Assembly: GCA_963779755.1 (NCBI GenBank)
Contig: CAVZZO010000001.1
Span: forward strand, 1,632,001-1,696,000
Length of the DNA: 64,000 nt
Origin: an uncultured Gemmatimonadales bacterium
Lineage (GTDB): Bacteria > Gemmatimonadota > Gemmatimonadetes > Gemmatimonadales > GWC2-71-9
Direction: 5' to 3'
The first letter of the stretch is position 1; the number at the start of each line of letters is the position of its first letter. A program made the position numbers and the translations under genes. Positions 1 to 9,882 of this stretch are shown in pieces. Under the pieces are notes generated by a model, which saw only the letters and a program-made list of their open reading frames with translations, ran no database searches and had not been told where the DNA came from.

Positions 1-357
1 GAGTCTCCGCTGGCCGGACACATCCGGAGCTGCGAGGCGTGCCGAACCCGGGCGGCCCTGCTGGTCCGTTCGGCGGAGCTGCTGGACCGGAGCCTCGCCG
101 CCGAGGCCGCTTCGCCGCCATTGCCACGGCGAAGCCGACTCCATCACTACGGGGCGATCCGGGTCGTCCTCCCGCTGGCGGCGGCGGCCGTGCTGGCGCT
201 CGTCTTCTTCGCCCCCGACCGGCGGCGGATGCCGATCCCCGCCGCTTCGGTGGCCGAGGCGCCTCCGGCGGTCCCCAGCGTTACCCCGCCGCCGGGGCAC
301 AGCGCGGCGGTCATGCAGACCGGCAACCCCGACATCGTCATCGTGTGGCTCTACTGA
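1..357 (+). CDS. Zinc-binding (ZAS/zf-HC2) membrane anti-sigma factor-like protein, 5'-truncated by the window edge
   Basis: Frame open from base 1: ...GHIRSCEACR (HxxxCxxC), then a TM helix (VVLPLAAAAVLALVFF); stop at 355-357. Confidence 0.7.
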   Translation, partial: ESPLAGHIRSCEACRTRAALLVRSAELLDRSLAAEAASPPLPRRSRLHHYGAIRVVLPLAAAAVLALVFFAPDRRRMPIPAASVAEAPPAVPSVTPPPGHSAAVMQTGNPDIVIVWLY

Positions 358-371
358 GCCGGGAGACCATC

Positions 372-1061
372 ATGCGACGCTTCGTACTCGCGATCCTGAC
401 CTGCCTCGCCGCCGCCACCTCGGCCTGTTCCCGGCACCCCTCGCTGGAGACCCGGACGTTCGCCCTGCATTACATCACCTGGGGCAAGGCGCAGGATCTG
501 ATCAAGCCCTACGTCTATGAGGACCGACCCGGCGCCGCTGGCGCCTTGAGCGGTACGGATGGCGCCATCACCGTGCGGGAAACGAAGGACAACCTCGACA
601 AGATTGCCCGGGTGCTGCAGGAGTACGATCATTCCGCGCCCAATGTGCGCCTGCATTTCCAGGTGATCCTTGCGGACGGCGCGGCCCCGATGGATTCCAG
701 CATAGCGCCGGTGGTGAGCCAGCTCAGGAACTTGTTCCGGTTTGACGGATACCGGCTGGTGACCGAGGCCCAGGCAACCGGAACAGAGAACAGCCACATC
801 TCCCAGCTGCTGGATGGCGGCAAGGCGCTGGGACCGATGTTACTCCTGGAAGTGCGAATCCTGAGCGTCCGCGGGGCGGCGGATAGTGGAGTGGCAGATT
901 TGTCGGTGGCGCTCAAGAACGCGAGCGGTCTCAACATGGGAGAACTGCAAACCCAGATCGGGGCTCGTATGGGGCAGACCGTCGTGCTGGGGAGCACTCA
1001 GTTCTACGGGCACCCTGGCACGGTGATCCTGACCGTCAGGCCGGAACTGGTGCAGGACTGA
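372..1061 (+). CDS. Lipoprotein with secretin N-domain-like region
   Basis: GGGAG RBS, ATG at 372, lipobox-like TSAC; ETRTFALHY...AITVRETKDNLDKIARVLQEYD resembles the secretin N (NolW-like) repeat. Confidence 0.6.
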   Translation: MRRFVLAILTCLAAATSACSRHPSLETRTFALHYITWGKAQDLIKPYVYEDRPGAAGALSGTDGAITVRETKDNLDKIARVLQEYDHSAPNVRLHFQVILADGAAPMDSSIAPVVSQLRNLFRFDGYRLVTEAQATGTENSHISQLLDGGKALGPMLLLEVRILSVRGAADSGVADLSVALKNASGLNMGELQTQIGARMGQTVVLGSTQFYGHPGTVILTVRPELVQD

Positions 1062-1086
1062 GAGAAAAGAACCTTTCTGTCAATCC

Positions 1087-2202
1087 TCAGTCCCTTTCTC
1101 TTACATCGGGATACTTCTCCCCCAGCGGGAAGCTGCTTCCTTTCATCTCCCCGGCCACCCAGGCGGCGACCCTCTGGCGCGCTTCGGCCGGCACATCCGC
1201 ATGCCGGTCGGCCTTGCCGCTCACGAACAGCTCGGCGTTGGTCTGCAGGATATGCGGCGGGTGCATCTCGAAGGCTTCCTGGTGCTCCTGCATGTAACGG
1301 AAGCCGCACTTCTCCACCACCCGCGCCAGTTCCGCGTCGGTGAGCGGCTGCACGCCCAGGAACTGCGCCACCTGGCGCACGACGGCGGGCAGGTCCTTCT
1401 TCATGTCTTCGAAGAAGACGAAGAGGACGTTGGACGCAGTTTGCGATCTGTCCCACCAGCCCTTCACGTGGTCGGTCCAGGTGCCCCACCACATGAGGTC
1501 GGGGGAGCAATACCATTCCTCGCAGGCGGCCAGGTCCGGCGCCATGGCGCCGGCGTTCGTCGCCACGAAGTCGATGCAGCTGGCGAAACAGCTCACCGGG
1601 TGCCGGGCGACATAGATGTAGCGCGCTTCGTCGCTCCAGGGGCAGATCTGCACCGGCAGATGGGTCTTGATGATGCGGCCGGGGCGTTCGGTGCCCACCG
1701 TGGGCGCTTCCTCCACCGGGACGCTCTTCCTCCCCTCGATCCAGGGCGCTACGGCATAGAGCGCGGTGCCGCTATCGACCAGGTTGCCACGGCCACGGTT
1801 CAGCACTTCGTACACCACATGCTGCATCCAGGTGGTGCCGCATTTCATCTGGGTGACGACGAAGATGTCCTCCGGCTTCGGCAGGTACGCCTCGGCCCGG
1901 GCGAAGGTCTCCTCGGTGCAGCTGCCCGTGGGACCCGACACTCCCTTGTGCTGGATCCGGGTGCGGCGGAAATCCATCCGGGCCAGCCTGCCGTTGAGCC
2001 ACAGGATGGGCGAGAGGAGCAGCGCGTGGGTCCGCAGCGAGCGTTTGAAGCGATCGCGCCCGGCGGGGGTCCGGCCATAATAGGCCAGTCCTGCCGTCTG
2101 CTCGTCCTCCCATTTGAGCACCCAGGTGAGATAGATCGCTTGCAGGATGTAGACCCCGAAGATCAGGCCGACGATGCCGAGGATCCACCAGAGGATGGAC
2201 AT
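1087..2202 (-). CDS. Membrane-anchored PAPS-dependent sulfotransferase (Sulfotransfer_1)
   Basis: KCGTTW 5'-PSB loop, RIIKTHLP, YIYVARHPVSCFAS 3'-PB motif, N-terminal TM helix; start set at MSILWW. Confidence 0.85.
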   Translation of the reverse strand: MSILWWILGIVGLIFGVYILQAIYLTWVLKWEDEQTAGLAYYGRTPAGRDRFKRSLRTHALLLSPILWLNGRLARMDFRRTRIQHKGVSGPTGSCTEETFARAEAYLPKPEDIFVVTQMKCGTTWMQHVVYEVLNRGRGNLVDSGTALYAVAPWIEGRKSVPVEEAPTVGTERPGRIIKTHLPVQICPWSDEARYIYVARHPVSCFASCIDFVATNAGAMAPDLAACEEWYCSPDLMWWGTWTDHVKGWWDRSQTASNVLFVFFEDMKKDLPAVVRQVAQFLGVQPLTDAELARVVEKCGFRYMQEHQEAFEMHPPHILQTNAELFVSGKADRHADVPAEARQRVAAWVAGEMKGSSFPLGEKYPDVRERD

Positions 2203-2310
2203 GGAGGGCGGTGCGCTCGAGTGTTGGGGAGCGGGAAATATAAGGGAGTAGACATCCCGGCCGAACCGGGATTCTATTTCTCGCTCCTCTTCAGTAGACG
2301 GCTCCCACCC

Positions 2311-3573
2311 ATGGAAGACCTCAACCCCTTTCGTATCGCCCAGGCCCAGTTCGCCCGGGCGGCGCGGTACCTCAAGGCCAGCGAGGGCCTGCTGGACAAT
2401 CTGGCCAGGCCGGAGCGTACCATCCGGCTGGAGTTTCCCGTCCGCATGGACGACGGCAGCATCCGGGTGTTTACCGGCTACCGGGTGCAGCACAACAACG
2501 CCCGGGGCCCGTTCAAGGGGGGTGTCCGCTACCATCCCGATGTGTCCGAAGACGAGGTCAAGGCGCTCTCCAGCTGGATGACCTGGAAGACCGCCGTCAT
2601 GGACATTCCCTTCGGCGGCGCCAAGGGGGGTGTCATCTGCGATCCCAAGACCCTCTCCACCGATGAGAAGCGGGGGATCACCCGCCGCTTCGTGACCGAA
2701 CTGGGGCCCAACATCGGCCCCATGATCGACATCCCGGCCCCCGACGTCTACACCGATGCGACCACCATGACGTGGATCTTCGATACCTACGACATGGTGC
2801 ATAAAGGGCAGAACAACCTACCGGTGGTGACGGGGAAACCGCTGGAGCTGGGCGGCTCGCACGGCCGCTCGACCGCCACGGCCCGGGGCTGCATCTTCTG
2901 CGTGGAAGAGGCCATCGGGCGCGGCCTGGTCAACGGGGTCACGGCGCTGGCCGGGGCGCGGGTTGCGGTGCAGGGGTTCGGCAATGCCGGCTCGTATGCC
3001 GCCATCATTGCCCACCAGGCCGGTGCGAAGATCGTCGCCGTCAGCGATTCCACCGGCGCCGTCGCCGCTCCCGGCGGTCTCGATCCGTCGCGCCTGCTGG
3101 AGCACAAGCAGCAGACCGGCAGCGTCACCGGATTTCCGGGCACCGGCGAGCTGGCGCCGGAAGACCTGTTGCTGGTGGACTGCGATGTGCTCATCCCGGC
3201 CGCGCTGGAGAACCAGATCACCGAAGAGAATGCCGAACGGATCCGGGCGAAGCTGGTGGCGGAGGCCGCCAACGGGCCTACCACGCCGGCCGCCGACCAG
3301 ATCCTCCACCGCCGCGGCATCCCGGTCGTGCCCGATATCCTGGCCAACGGCGGGGGGGTCACAGTGTCCTATTACGAGTGGGTGCAGAACATCCAGGACG
3401 AGCAATGGGACCAGGATACGGTGGACGCCAAGCTCCGCAAGAAGATGGTGAATGCCTTCCACAAGGTGTTCGACATCGCCCGGGAGAAGGAGATCGATCC
3501 CCGGACCGCCGCCTACGTGCTGGGTGTGGGACGGGTTGCAAGGGTGACCGAGATGCGCGGGCTGTGGCCGTAG
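2311..3573 (+). CDS. gdhA: Glu/Leu/Phe/Val dehydrogenase (glutamate dehydrogenase)
   Basis: RGPFKGGVRYHP, GGAKGG, DIPAPDV, VQGFGNAG, EAANGPTT motifs. Confidence 0.93.
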   Translation: MEDLNPFRIAQAQFARAARYLKASEGLLDNLARPERTIRLEFPVRMDDGSIRVFTGYRVQHNNARGPFKGGVRYHPDVSEDEVKALSSWMTWKTAVMDIPFGGAKGGVICDPKTLSTDEKRGITRRFVTELGPNIGPMIDIPAPDVYTDATTMTWIFDTYDMVHKGQNNLPVVTGKPLELGGSHGRSTATARGCIFCVEEAIGRGLVNGVTALAGARVAVQGFGNAGSYAAIIAHQAGAKIVAVSDSTGAVAAPGGLDPSRLLEHKQQTGSVTGFPGTGELAPEDLLLVDCDVLIPAALENQITEENAERIRAKLVAEAANGPTTPAADQILHRRGIPVVPDILANGGGVTVSYYEWVQNIQDEQWDQDTVDAKLRKKMVNAFHKVFDIAREKEIDPRTAAYVLGVGRVARVTEMRGLWP

Positions 3574-3627
3574 GGGCGAGGCATGGCCGTAGGCCGTAGG
3601 GGCGAGGCATGCGCCGCCCCTACGGCC
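3570..3627. repeat. GTAG-type REP-like palindrome plus a partial copy
   Basis: GGCCGTAGGGGCG-AGGCATGCGC-CGCCCCTACGGCC hairpin, preceded by a partial GTAGGGGCGAGGCATG that overlaps the gdhA stop. Confidence 0.7.
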
Positions 3628-3749
3628 CCCGCCCCAACGGCCGCCCGCCGGGCCCCGACCACGGCCCCGGGTCGCGACGGCCCCGACGCGCCCCTGCCGT
3701 GCTGTCGTCACGCCCCCTACATTACGAACACCCCCGGCCAGGACTCCCC

Positions 3750-5621
3750 ATGCGCCTGCTGCTCATCAATCCCCGGTTTGTCGAAAGCTTCTGGAGTTTC
3801 AAATGGGCCATGGATTCGGTCCTGGCCGGCCCCAGGACCGTGAACCCGCCCCTGGGGCTGGCGACGCTGGCCGCCCTCTGCCCGCCCGACTGGGAGGTCA
3901 GCATCGTCGATGAGAACATCGAGTCGGTGCCGCTGGCGCCGGAGGCGGACATGATCGGGGTCTGCGGCATGGGGGTGCAGTTTGAGCGCCAGGCGGAACT
4001 GCTGCGCTTCTACCGCAATGCGGGATACTACACCGTGGCCGGCGGCAGCTATGCCTCGCTCTGCCCCGAGGCCTACGAGGCGCTGGCCGATACGGTCGTG
4101 GCCGGCGAGGCGGAATACATCTGGCCCCGGTTCTGCCGCGACTATGCGGCGGGAACGCCCCAGGCCCGCTACCAGGAGACCGGCACGGTCGACCTCACCG
4201 ACTCCCCGGTGCCGCGGTTCGACCTGCTCCGGCGCGACAAGTACCAGGCCATGAGCCTGCAGTTCAGCCGGGGTTGCCCTTTCCGGTGCGAGTTCTGCGA
4301 CATCATCGTCATGTTCGGGCGGAAGCCCCGCACCAAGACCATGGCGCAAGTGGGCCGCGAGCTGGATGCGCTGCGCGCGCTGGGCGTCCACAACGCCTTC
4401 TTCGTGGACGACAACCTCATCGGTAACAAACGGGTGGCCAAGGAGTTTCTCGCCTTCCTGCGCGATTACCAGCGGGAGCACAACTACCGCTTCCATCTGG
4501 GCACCGAGGCGTCGCTCAACCTGGCCCAGGACCAGGAGCTGCTCGAGCTCTTCCCCGCCGCGGGCATGGAATGGGTCTTCATCGGCATCGAATCGCCCGA
4601 CGAAGATACCCTCAAGGAAGCCCAGAAGATGCAGAACACGCGGCAGGACATCATGACGTCGCTACGCACGGTCTACCGGCAGGGCATCGATATCCTGGCC
4701 GGCTTCATCGTCGGCTTCGACCACGATACGCCGGAGACCTTCGCGCGGCAGGAACGCTTCATCCTGCAGTCCGGGATCCAGTCCTCCATGGTGGGGCTCC
4801 TGACGGCGGCTCCCAAGACGCCGCTCTACACCCGGCTTGCCGCCGAAGGGCGGATCATCCACCAGGCCAACGACGCCGACAACACCAAACTGGGGACCAA
4901 CGTCCTGCCCAAGGGCATGACCTATGACGAACTGGTCTCGGGCTACCGCGGCCTGATGCAGCGGCTCTTTGCCGACCGGGGCATCGCCCTGCGCATCCGC
5001 AACAAGCTGCGTTACCTGGCGCCGGTCCGTGCGCCCTCCCGTTACTCGGCCCGGGAATCGCTCGCCATTCTGCGGCGCCTGCTGGTGCGCGGCATTCTGC
5101 CGGGTGGTCCCCTCCGGCTCGCCCGCTTTCTGCGCTCCATGCCCTGGGCCCGCCCCTCCCTGATCCCGCTGGCGGTGACGGACTGGATCGTGGGGCTCTC
5201 CATGCGCGACTATGTCGACCGCCATTTCCTGCCCGCCACCGAGGCGGGCCGGCAGCGGGTTCGCGGCTGGCTCCACCGGCTGGAGAAGGCGTTGCAGCGC
5301 TACCGCGAGGCGGGCGCGCTGGAGCTGTCGCTCTCGGAAGTGAAGAATGCCGCCACCGATCTGTCCCTGCGGCTCCGGGGGAAACTCGACCGCGGGTTCT
5401 TTACCCGGGCGGGGCGCCATCTGGAGGGGATGCTGCGGGAGACCCGCTCGGGGGTCACGCTGCGGATCGAAGAGCTGCAGGACGCCCAGATCGCCAACTT
5501 CCAGCGCCTGCTGCGCCGTCTCTCGCGCTACGGCGACCGGGTCCGGATCGTGCTCGACGAACACCTGCGCGACCGGGTGCAGGTCAACTCGTCGGTGTTT
5601 CTGCTGTCGTTCGAAGGCTAG
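3750..5621 (+). CDS. B12-binding radical SAM protein with DUF4070-like domain and C-terminal extension
   Basis: PPLGLATLAA B12-binding start, SRGCPFRCEFC (CxxxCxxC), FFVDDN, FIGIES. Confidence 0.9.
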   Translation: MRLLLINPRFVESFWSFKWAMDSVLAGPRTVNPPLGLATLAALCPPDWEVSIVDENIESVPLAPEADMIGVCGMGVQFERQAELLRFYRNAGYYTVAGGSYASLCPEAYEALADTVVAGEAEYIWPRFCRDYAAGTPQARYQETGTVDLTDSPVPRFDLLRRDKYQAMSLQFSRGCPFRCEFCDIIVMFGRKPRTKTMAQVGRELDALRALGVHNAFFVDDNLIGNKRVAKEFLAFLRDYQREHNYRFHLGTEASLNLAQDQELLELFPAAGMEWVFIGIESPDEDTLKEAQKMQNTRQDIMTSLRTVYRQGIDILAGFIVGFDHDTPETFARQERFILQSGIQSSMVGLLTAAPKTPLYTRLAAEGRIIHQANDADNTKLGTNVLPKGMTYDELVSGYRGLMQRLFADRGIALRIRNKLRYLAPVRAPSRYSARESLAILRRLLVRGILPGGPLRLARFLRSMPWARPSLIPLAVTDWIVGLSMRDYVDRHFLPATEAGRQRVRGWLHRLEKALQRYREAGALELSLSEVKNAATDLSLRLRGKLDRGFFTRAGRHLEGMLRETRSGVTLRIEELQDAQIANFQRLLRRLSRYGDRVRIVLDEHLRDRVQVNSSVFLLSFEG

Positions 5622-5700
5622 GACAAGGCGGCAGGGCGGCAGGTTGGCCCCTGCCGGACTGCAGTCAGGCTGGGCTGCCGCCGTACCGCCGTACCGACGC

Positions 5701-7536
5701 CTATCCCGCTCGCTCCCGCTCGGCCTGGGCCGCCGGCAGCTCGATCCAGAAGCGGCTGCCGCCCGCCGGATTGTCCTCGAACCCTGCCGCGCCCCCCATG
5801 CGCTCGACCCCCTTGCGCACGATGGCGAGCCCGATGCCCGTGCCGGGGTATTCTTCCCCATGCAGCCGCTCGAAGACCCGGAAGATCTGCTCCCGATACT
5901 GCGGCGCAATGCCGATGCCGTTGTCTTCGATCCAGAGCCGTACCCGGCTGCCCTCCGCCTCGCTCCATACCCGGATCCGCGGCCGGCGGCCGGGAGCGAC
6001 GAACTTCACGGCGTTGGAGAGCAGATTCTGCACCACGTGGAGCAGCGTCGTTTCGTGCGCCAGCACCGGGCCGCCGGCCAGGTCGATCTCCACCTGCGCC
6101 TCGCGCTCGTGCAGCTCGGTCCCCAGCTGGTCGAGGGCGGTCTGGACCAGCGGTGCCGGATCCAGCGGTTGCAGGCGGAGGTCGGAGCGGGCCACCCGGC
6201 TGTAGGACAGCAGGTCGCGAATCAGCTGGTCCATTCGCCGGGCCGCCTCGCTCACCCGGGACGCGTAGCGGCGCCCGGTGTCGTCCAGCCGCTCGCCATA
6301 GTCCTCCAGCAGCGCCTGGCTGAACCCCTCCATGGCGCGGAGCGGCGCGCGCAGGTCGTGGGAAATGGAATAGGCGAACGCCTCCAGTTCCTCGTTCCGT
6401 TCCTGCAGCTCGGTCGTGCGGTCCCGCACCCGCTCTTCCAGGCGCTCGGTCGCGCCGCGCACCTGGCGTACCATCTCGCCGAAGGAGCTCGCCAGCCGCC
6501 CCAGCTCGTCGTTCCGTACCTCCAGCGCGATCGGCTGGGCGTAGTTGCCGGCGGCGATCGCTTCGGCCGAGGCGGCGAGGTGCGACAGCGGGACGGTGAT
6601 CCGCCGGCTCAGGAACCAGCTCAGCACCAGCCCCACCAGGAGGATCCCGAGGCCGATGAGCAGCCCATAGCGCAGAAACTCGTGTGCCGGGCCGCTCACG
6701 GCCGACTGGGGAAACTCGACCAGGGCCGTCCAAGGGGTGCCCGGAACCGACCGGGCGTAGGCCAGCACCGGCCCGGAGCCGGCACGCTCGTAGTACTGAA
6801 TGCCGTTGGCCTGGGCGAGATTCACCGGTGGCGCCGGCACCCGCTCCCACAGGTCCGTCCAGGTGCCCTGGCCCACCACGCCGATATAGAGCCGGGCGCC
6901 GGGTCCGATCAGCTTGTTGGTGGTTTCCCGGCTCTTCGGCGACTGGGCAATGCGCCACCACTCCACCAAGTAGCCCCGGATCCGCCGGCTGCTGATGATC
7001 GGGGCCGCGATGGCGAACACCACCGAGTCGCCCTCGGAATCGAACGGCCCCATCACCATGCTGTCGGACCGGGTCAGCCGCCCCACCAGCTCGTCGGTCG
7101 CCTCGCCCCAGCGAGCCGTATCGCCCAGGGCCGCCAGACGCCGGCGCCGGGCGTCGAGCACCTGCACCTGGGCCAGCTGCTCGTTCTCACCCAGCCGGTC
7201 CCGCAGCATCCCGAGCACGTCCTCCCGGCCTTCGGGCGTCGGCAGCAGGACGAATTCCCGGATCTGGGCGGTATCAGCCATGCCGGTGATGTGGGTGGCA
7301 AGCCGGTCGCGGGACTGATGGAGCAGCTCCGCCAGCTGGTTGGTGGCGTTGGTGAGGCGGCCCTCGGCGGCCTGCCGGGCCGAGTGCTTGACGGTGCGAT
7401 AGGCGGCCCAGGAGTAGCTGGCAATCACCACTGCCAGCAGGCCGCCGATGAGTAACGGCAGCTTGACCGCGATGGAGACTCCGTGCCTGGAGAGCCGTCC
7501 TTCGCCGGAGGGGGGGCGGCGTGATGGATCGGTCAT
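5701..7536 (-). CDS. Membrane sensor histidine kinase (Cache-like, HAMP, HisKA, HATPase)
   Basis: Two TM helices, HAMP (DELGRLASSF), H-box SHDLRAPL, NLLSNAVKF, DNGIGI, GTGIGL. Confidence 0.92.
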   Translation of the reverse strand: MTDPSRRPPSGEGRLSRHGVSIAVKLPLLIGGLLAVVIASYSWAAYRTVKHSARQAAEGRLTNATNQLAELLHQSRDRLATHITGMADTAQIREFVLLPTPEGREDVLGMLRDRLGENEQLAQVQVLDARRRRLAALGDTARWGEATDELVGRLTRSDSMVMGPFDSEGDSVVFAIAAPIISSRRIRGYLVEWWRIAQSPKSRETTNKLIGPGARLYIGVVGQGTWTDLWERVPAPPVNLAQANGIQYYERAGSGPVLAYARSVPGTPWTALVEFPQSAVSGPAHEFLRYGLLIGLGILLVGLVLSWFLSRRITVPLSHLAASAEAIAAGNYAQPIALEVRNDELGRLASSFGEMVRQVRGATERLEERVRDRTTELQERNEELEAFAYSISHDLRAPLRAMEGFSQALLEDYGERLDDTGRRYASRVSEAARRMDQLIRDLLSYSRVARSDLRLQPLDPAPLVQTALDQLGTELHEREAQVEIDLAGGPVLAHETTLLHVVQNLLSNAVKFVAPGRRPRIRVWSEAEGSRVRLWIEDNGIGIAPQYREQIFRVFERLHGEEYPGTGIGLAIVRKGVERMGGAAGFEDNPAGGSRFWIELPAAQAERERAG

Positions 7537-7770
7537 GAGATTATCCGCGAGCGGCCTCTGGCAACCTAGTGCCGCCCGCGGCGAGGCTGCAAGACGGCCG
7601 CCGCTCAGCCGGGTTCCTATTCCTCGTGTGCCAGCAGTCCCGCCGGCGGCTGGTGCACGGCCCGCCATCCCGGTAGCAGCACCCCGCAAGGGTCACCGCG
7701 AGCAAGACGGAGAAGGGGCGCTGCATGCCTGACTCCTGATTCCTGATTCCTCTCCAGTATACTTCCCCCC

Positions 7771-9843
7771 ATGCCTTCCCACCTCCTGAACCAGTTCCTG
7801 CCCACCGCCGGCGATCCGCTGGACCAGCTCGTCGCTCTCTCCAACCTGGTAGGGCAGGATGTCCGGCTGGTGCAGCCCGGCGGCGGCAACAGTTCGGTCA
7901 AGCTCCGGGTGCAGGATGCGCTGGGGCGCGAAACCGACGCGCTTCTGGTGAAAGGCAGCGGCACCGACCTGCGGACCATCGGGCGCGCCGGGTTCTGCCG
8001 GCTTTCCCTGGACGCGCTGGCCGGCCTGCAGTCGCAGGACCAGATGAGCGACGCCGAGATGATGCGCTTCATGGCCGCCTGCATGCTCCACCGCGACGAT
8101 CCGGTCCCCAGCGTGGAAACGCCGCTCCATTCCCTCCTGCCGCACCGGGTGATCATCCACACCCACGATGTCGCCACCATGAGCCTGACCAACCTCGCGG
8201 ACCCGGTGGCCGAGCGGGTGGTGGCCGAGGCCTTCGAGGGCCGGATAGCATATGTGCCCTATGCCCGCCCCGGGTTTCCGCTGGCACGGCTGGTGGCTGG
8301 CATCCGCGACCGCATTCCGGCCGGCGCGATCGGCTGCACCCTGGCCCACCACGGTCTGGTCGTCTGGGGCGAGGACGCGGCGGCCTGTCTGGAGCGGATC
8401 CGTTCGGTGATGCTACAGGCCGAGGCCTATCTTGCGGCCCGCCGGCGCGGGGCGCTGCTGGGGAGTGCTCGTGCCCCTGTGCCGCCCCCCGACGAGCGCC
8501 GCCGCCGCGCCGAGCTGGTCCTCCCGGTTATTCGCGGGGCACTGAGCGCGGTCCATCCCGTGATTCTGCATCTGGATGAAGGCGAGGATATCGCCGCCCG
8601 GCTGGCAATGAGTCGCATGCCCGAGCTGGCCGGCCGCGGGATGGCGACGCCGGAGCATGTGCTGCGGGCCGGCCGCCTGCCGGTCTGGCTGGAGTTGGAC
8701 TGGTCGCGGTCCGAAGAGGACATCGAGCGCGCGGCCCGCGAGGGCATGGCGCAGGCCGCCACCGAGTACCTTGCCTACCACAATCGGCATGCCGCCGGCG
8801 AAGCGCCGCTGGACGACTGGGCCAAGGTGGTGCTGGTGCCCGGCATCGGCATGGTCACGGCCTTCCGCGATAAGACCAGCGCCATCACCGCCAATCTGTG
8901 CTATCGCGCCGTGCTCGAGTCCATCGAGAACGCCGAAGCGGTGGATGCCTTTCGGTTCCTCTCCGAGGCCGACGTCTTCGAGGTGGAGCACTGGCCCCTG
9001 GAGCGGCGCAAGGTGGAGGAGGCCATCGCGAAGGAACTGGCCACGAAGCTGCTGCCGCGCCGGGTGGTGGCGGTCATCGGCGGGGGCAGCGGCATCGGCC
9101 AGGCGGCGGCGCTGCGCTTCGCCGAGGCCGGGGCCCACGTGGTGGTGGGCGACCTCGATGCGGTGGCCGCCGAGCAGGTGGCGGCGGAGATCACCAGCCG
9201 GTTCCCGCACCGGGCAGTGGGCCTGCCGCTGGACGTGCGGGACGACGATTCCATCGCCGCGCTTCTGCGCCGGGCGGTGCTGGAGTACGGCGGTCTCGAT
9301 TGTCTGTTCTATACCGCGGGCCTGGCGCCCCGCATTGCCCCGGTCACCAGCCTCACCCGCGCCGATCTGCTGGAGCAGCTCGCGGTGCACTACCTGGGTG
9401 CCGTCGTTGCCATCGGCGCCGCCGGCCGGATCCTCCAGCGGCAGGGCCGCGGCGGATCCATCGTTGCCTCGGTCAGCAAGGCCGCCGTCTCGCCGGGGAA
9501 GAACGCGCTGGGCTACGGCGGCAGCAAGGCGGCCCTGCTGCATGCGCTGCGGGTGGCGGCGGTAGAGTTGGGGGCGCACGGCATCCGGGTGAACGCGGTG
9601 AATGCCGACCAGGTCGACACGCCGCTCTTCCGCCGATTCGTGAGCGAGCGCGCCCGGCTGCGCGGCGTGAGCGTGGAGGAACAGCTGGAGTCCTACCGCA
9701 GGCGGAACCTGATGGGCGTGTCGCTCATTCCCCCCGACGCCGTGGCCGATCTGGCGGTGCTCCTCGCGAGCGACCGGTTCCGGTATACCACCGGGGATTT
9801 TCTGACCGTGGACGGGGGGCTGCCGGATGCATTCCCGCGCTGA
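7771..9843 (+). CDS. Bifunctional class II aldolase/short-chain dehydrogenase (RhaD-like fusion)
   Basis: GGGNSSVK, PSVETPLH, HTH and HHG metal ligands; C-terminal SDR GGGSGIG, YGGSK. Confidence 0.88.
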   Translation: MPSHLLNQFLPTAGDPLDQLVALSNLVGQDVRLVQPGGGNSSVKLRVQDALGRETDALLVKGSGTDLRTIGRAGFCRLSLDALAGLQSQDQMSDAEMMRFMAACMLHRDDPVPSVETPLHSLLPHRVIIHTHDVATMSLTNLADPVAERVVAEAFEGRIAYVPYARPGFPLARLVAGIRDRIPAGAIGCTLAHHGLVVWGEDAAACLERIRSVMLQAEAYLAARRRGALLGSARAPVPPPDERRRRAELVLPVIRGALSAVHPVILHLDEGEDIAARLAMSRMPELAGRGMATPEHVLRAGRLPVWLELDWSRSEEDIERAAREGMAQAATEYLAYHNRHAAGEAPLDDWAKVVLVPGIGMVTAFRDKTSAITANLCYRAVLESIENAEAVDAFRFLSEADVFEVEHWPLERRKVEEAIAKELATKLLPRRVVAVIGGGSGIGQAAALRFAEAGAHVVVGDLDAVAAEQVAAEITSRFPHRAVGLPLDVRDDDSIAALLRRAVLEYGGLDCLFYTAGLAPRIAPVTSLTRADLLEQLAVHYLGAVVAIGAAGRILQRQGRGGSIVASVSKAAVSPGKNALGYGGSKAALLHALRVAAVELGAHGIRVNAVNADQVDTPLFRRFVSERARLRGVSVEEQLESYRRRNLMGVSLIPPDAVADLAVLLASDRFRYTTGDFLTVDGGLPDAFPR

Positions 9844-9882
9844 CGGGTGGAACTGTTTCCGCTTCCTGCACCAGAGGTCGCG

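Noticed and set aside
1201..2802. N-terminal extensions of gdhA and the sulfotransferase given by the ORF track
   Set aside because: Each extension is antisense to the other gene; motif-based starts are 2311 and 2202
3750..5621. Assignment as hopanoid methylase hpnP
   Set aside because: Architecture is similar but there is no hopanoid gene context; needs phylogeny
7771..9843. Complete rhamnose catabolic operon
   Set aside because: No isomerase, kinase or transporter genes adjacent; substrate uncertain
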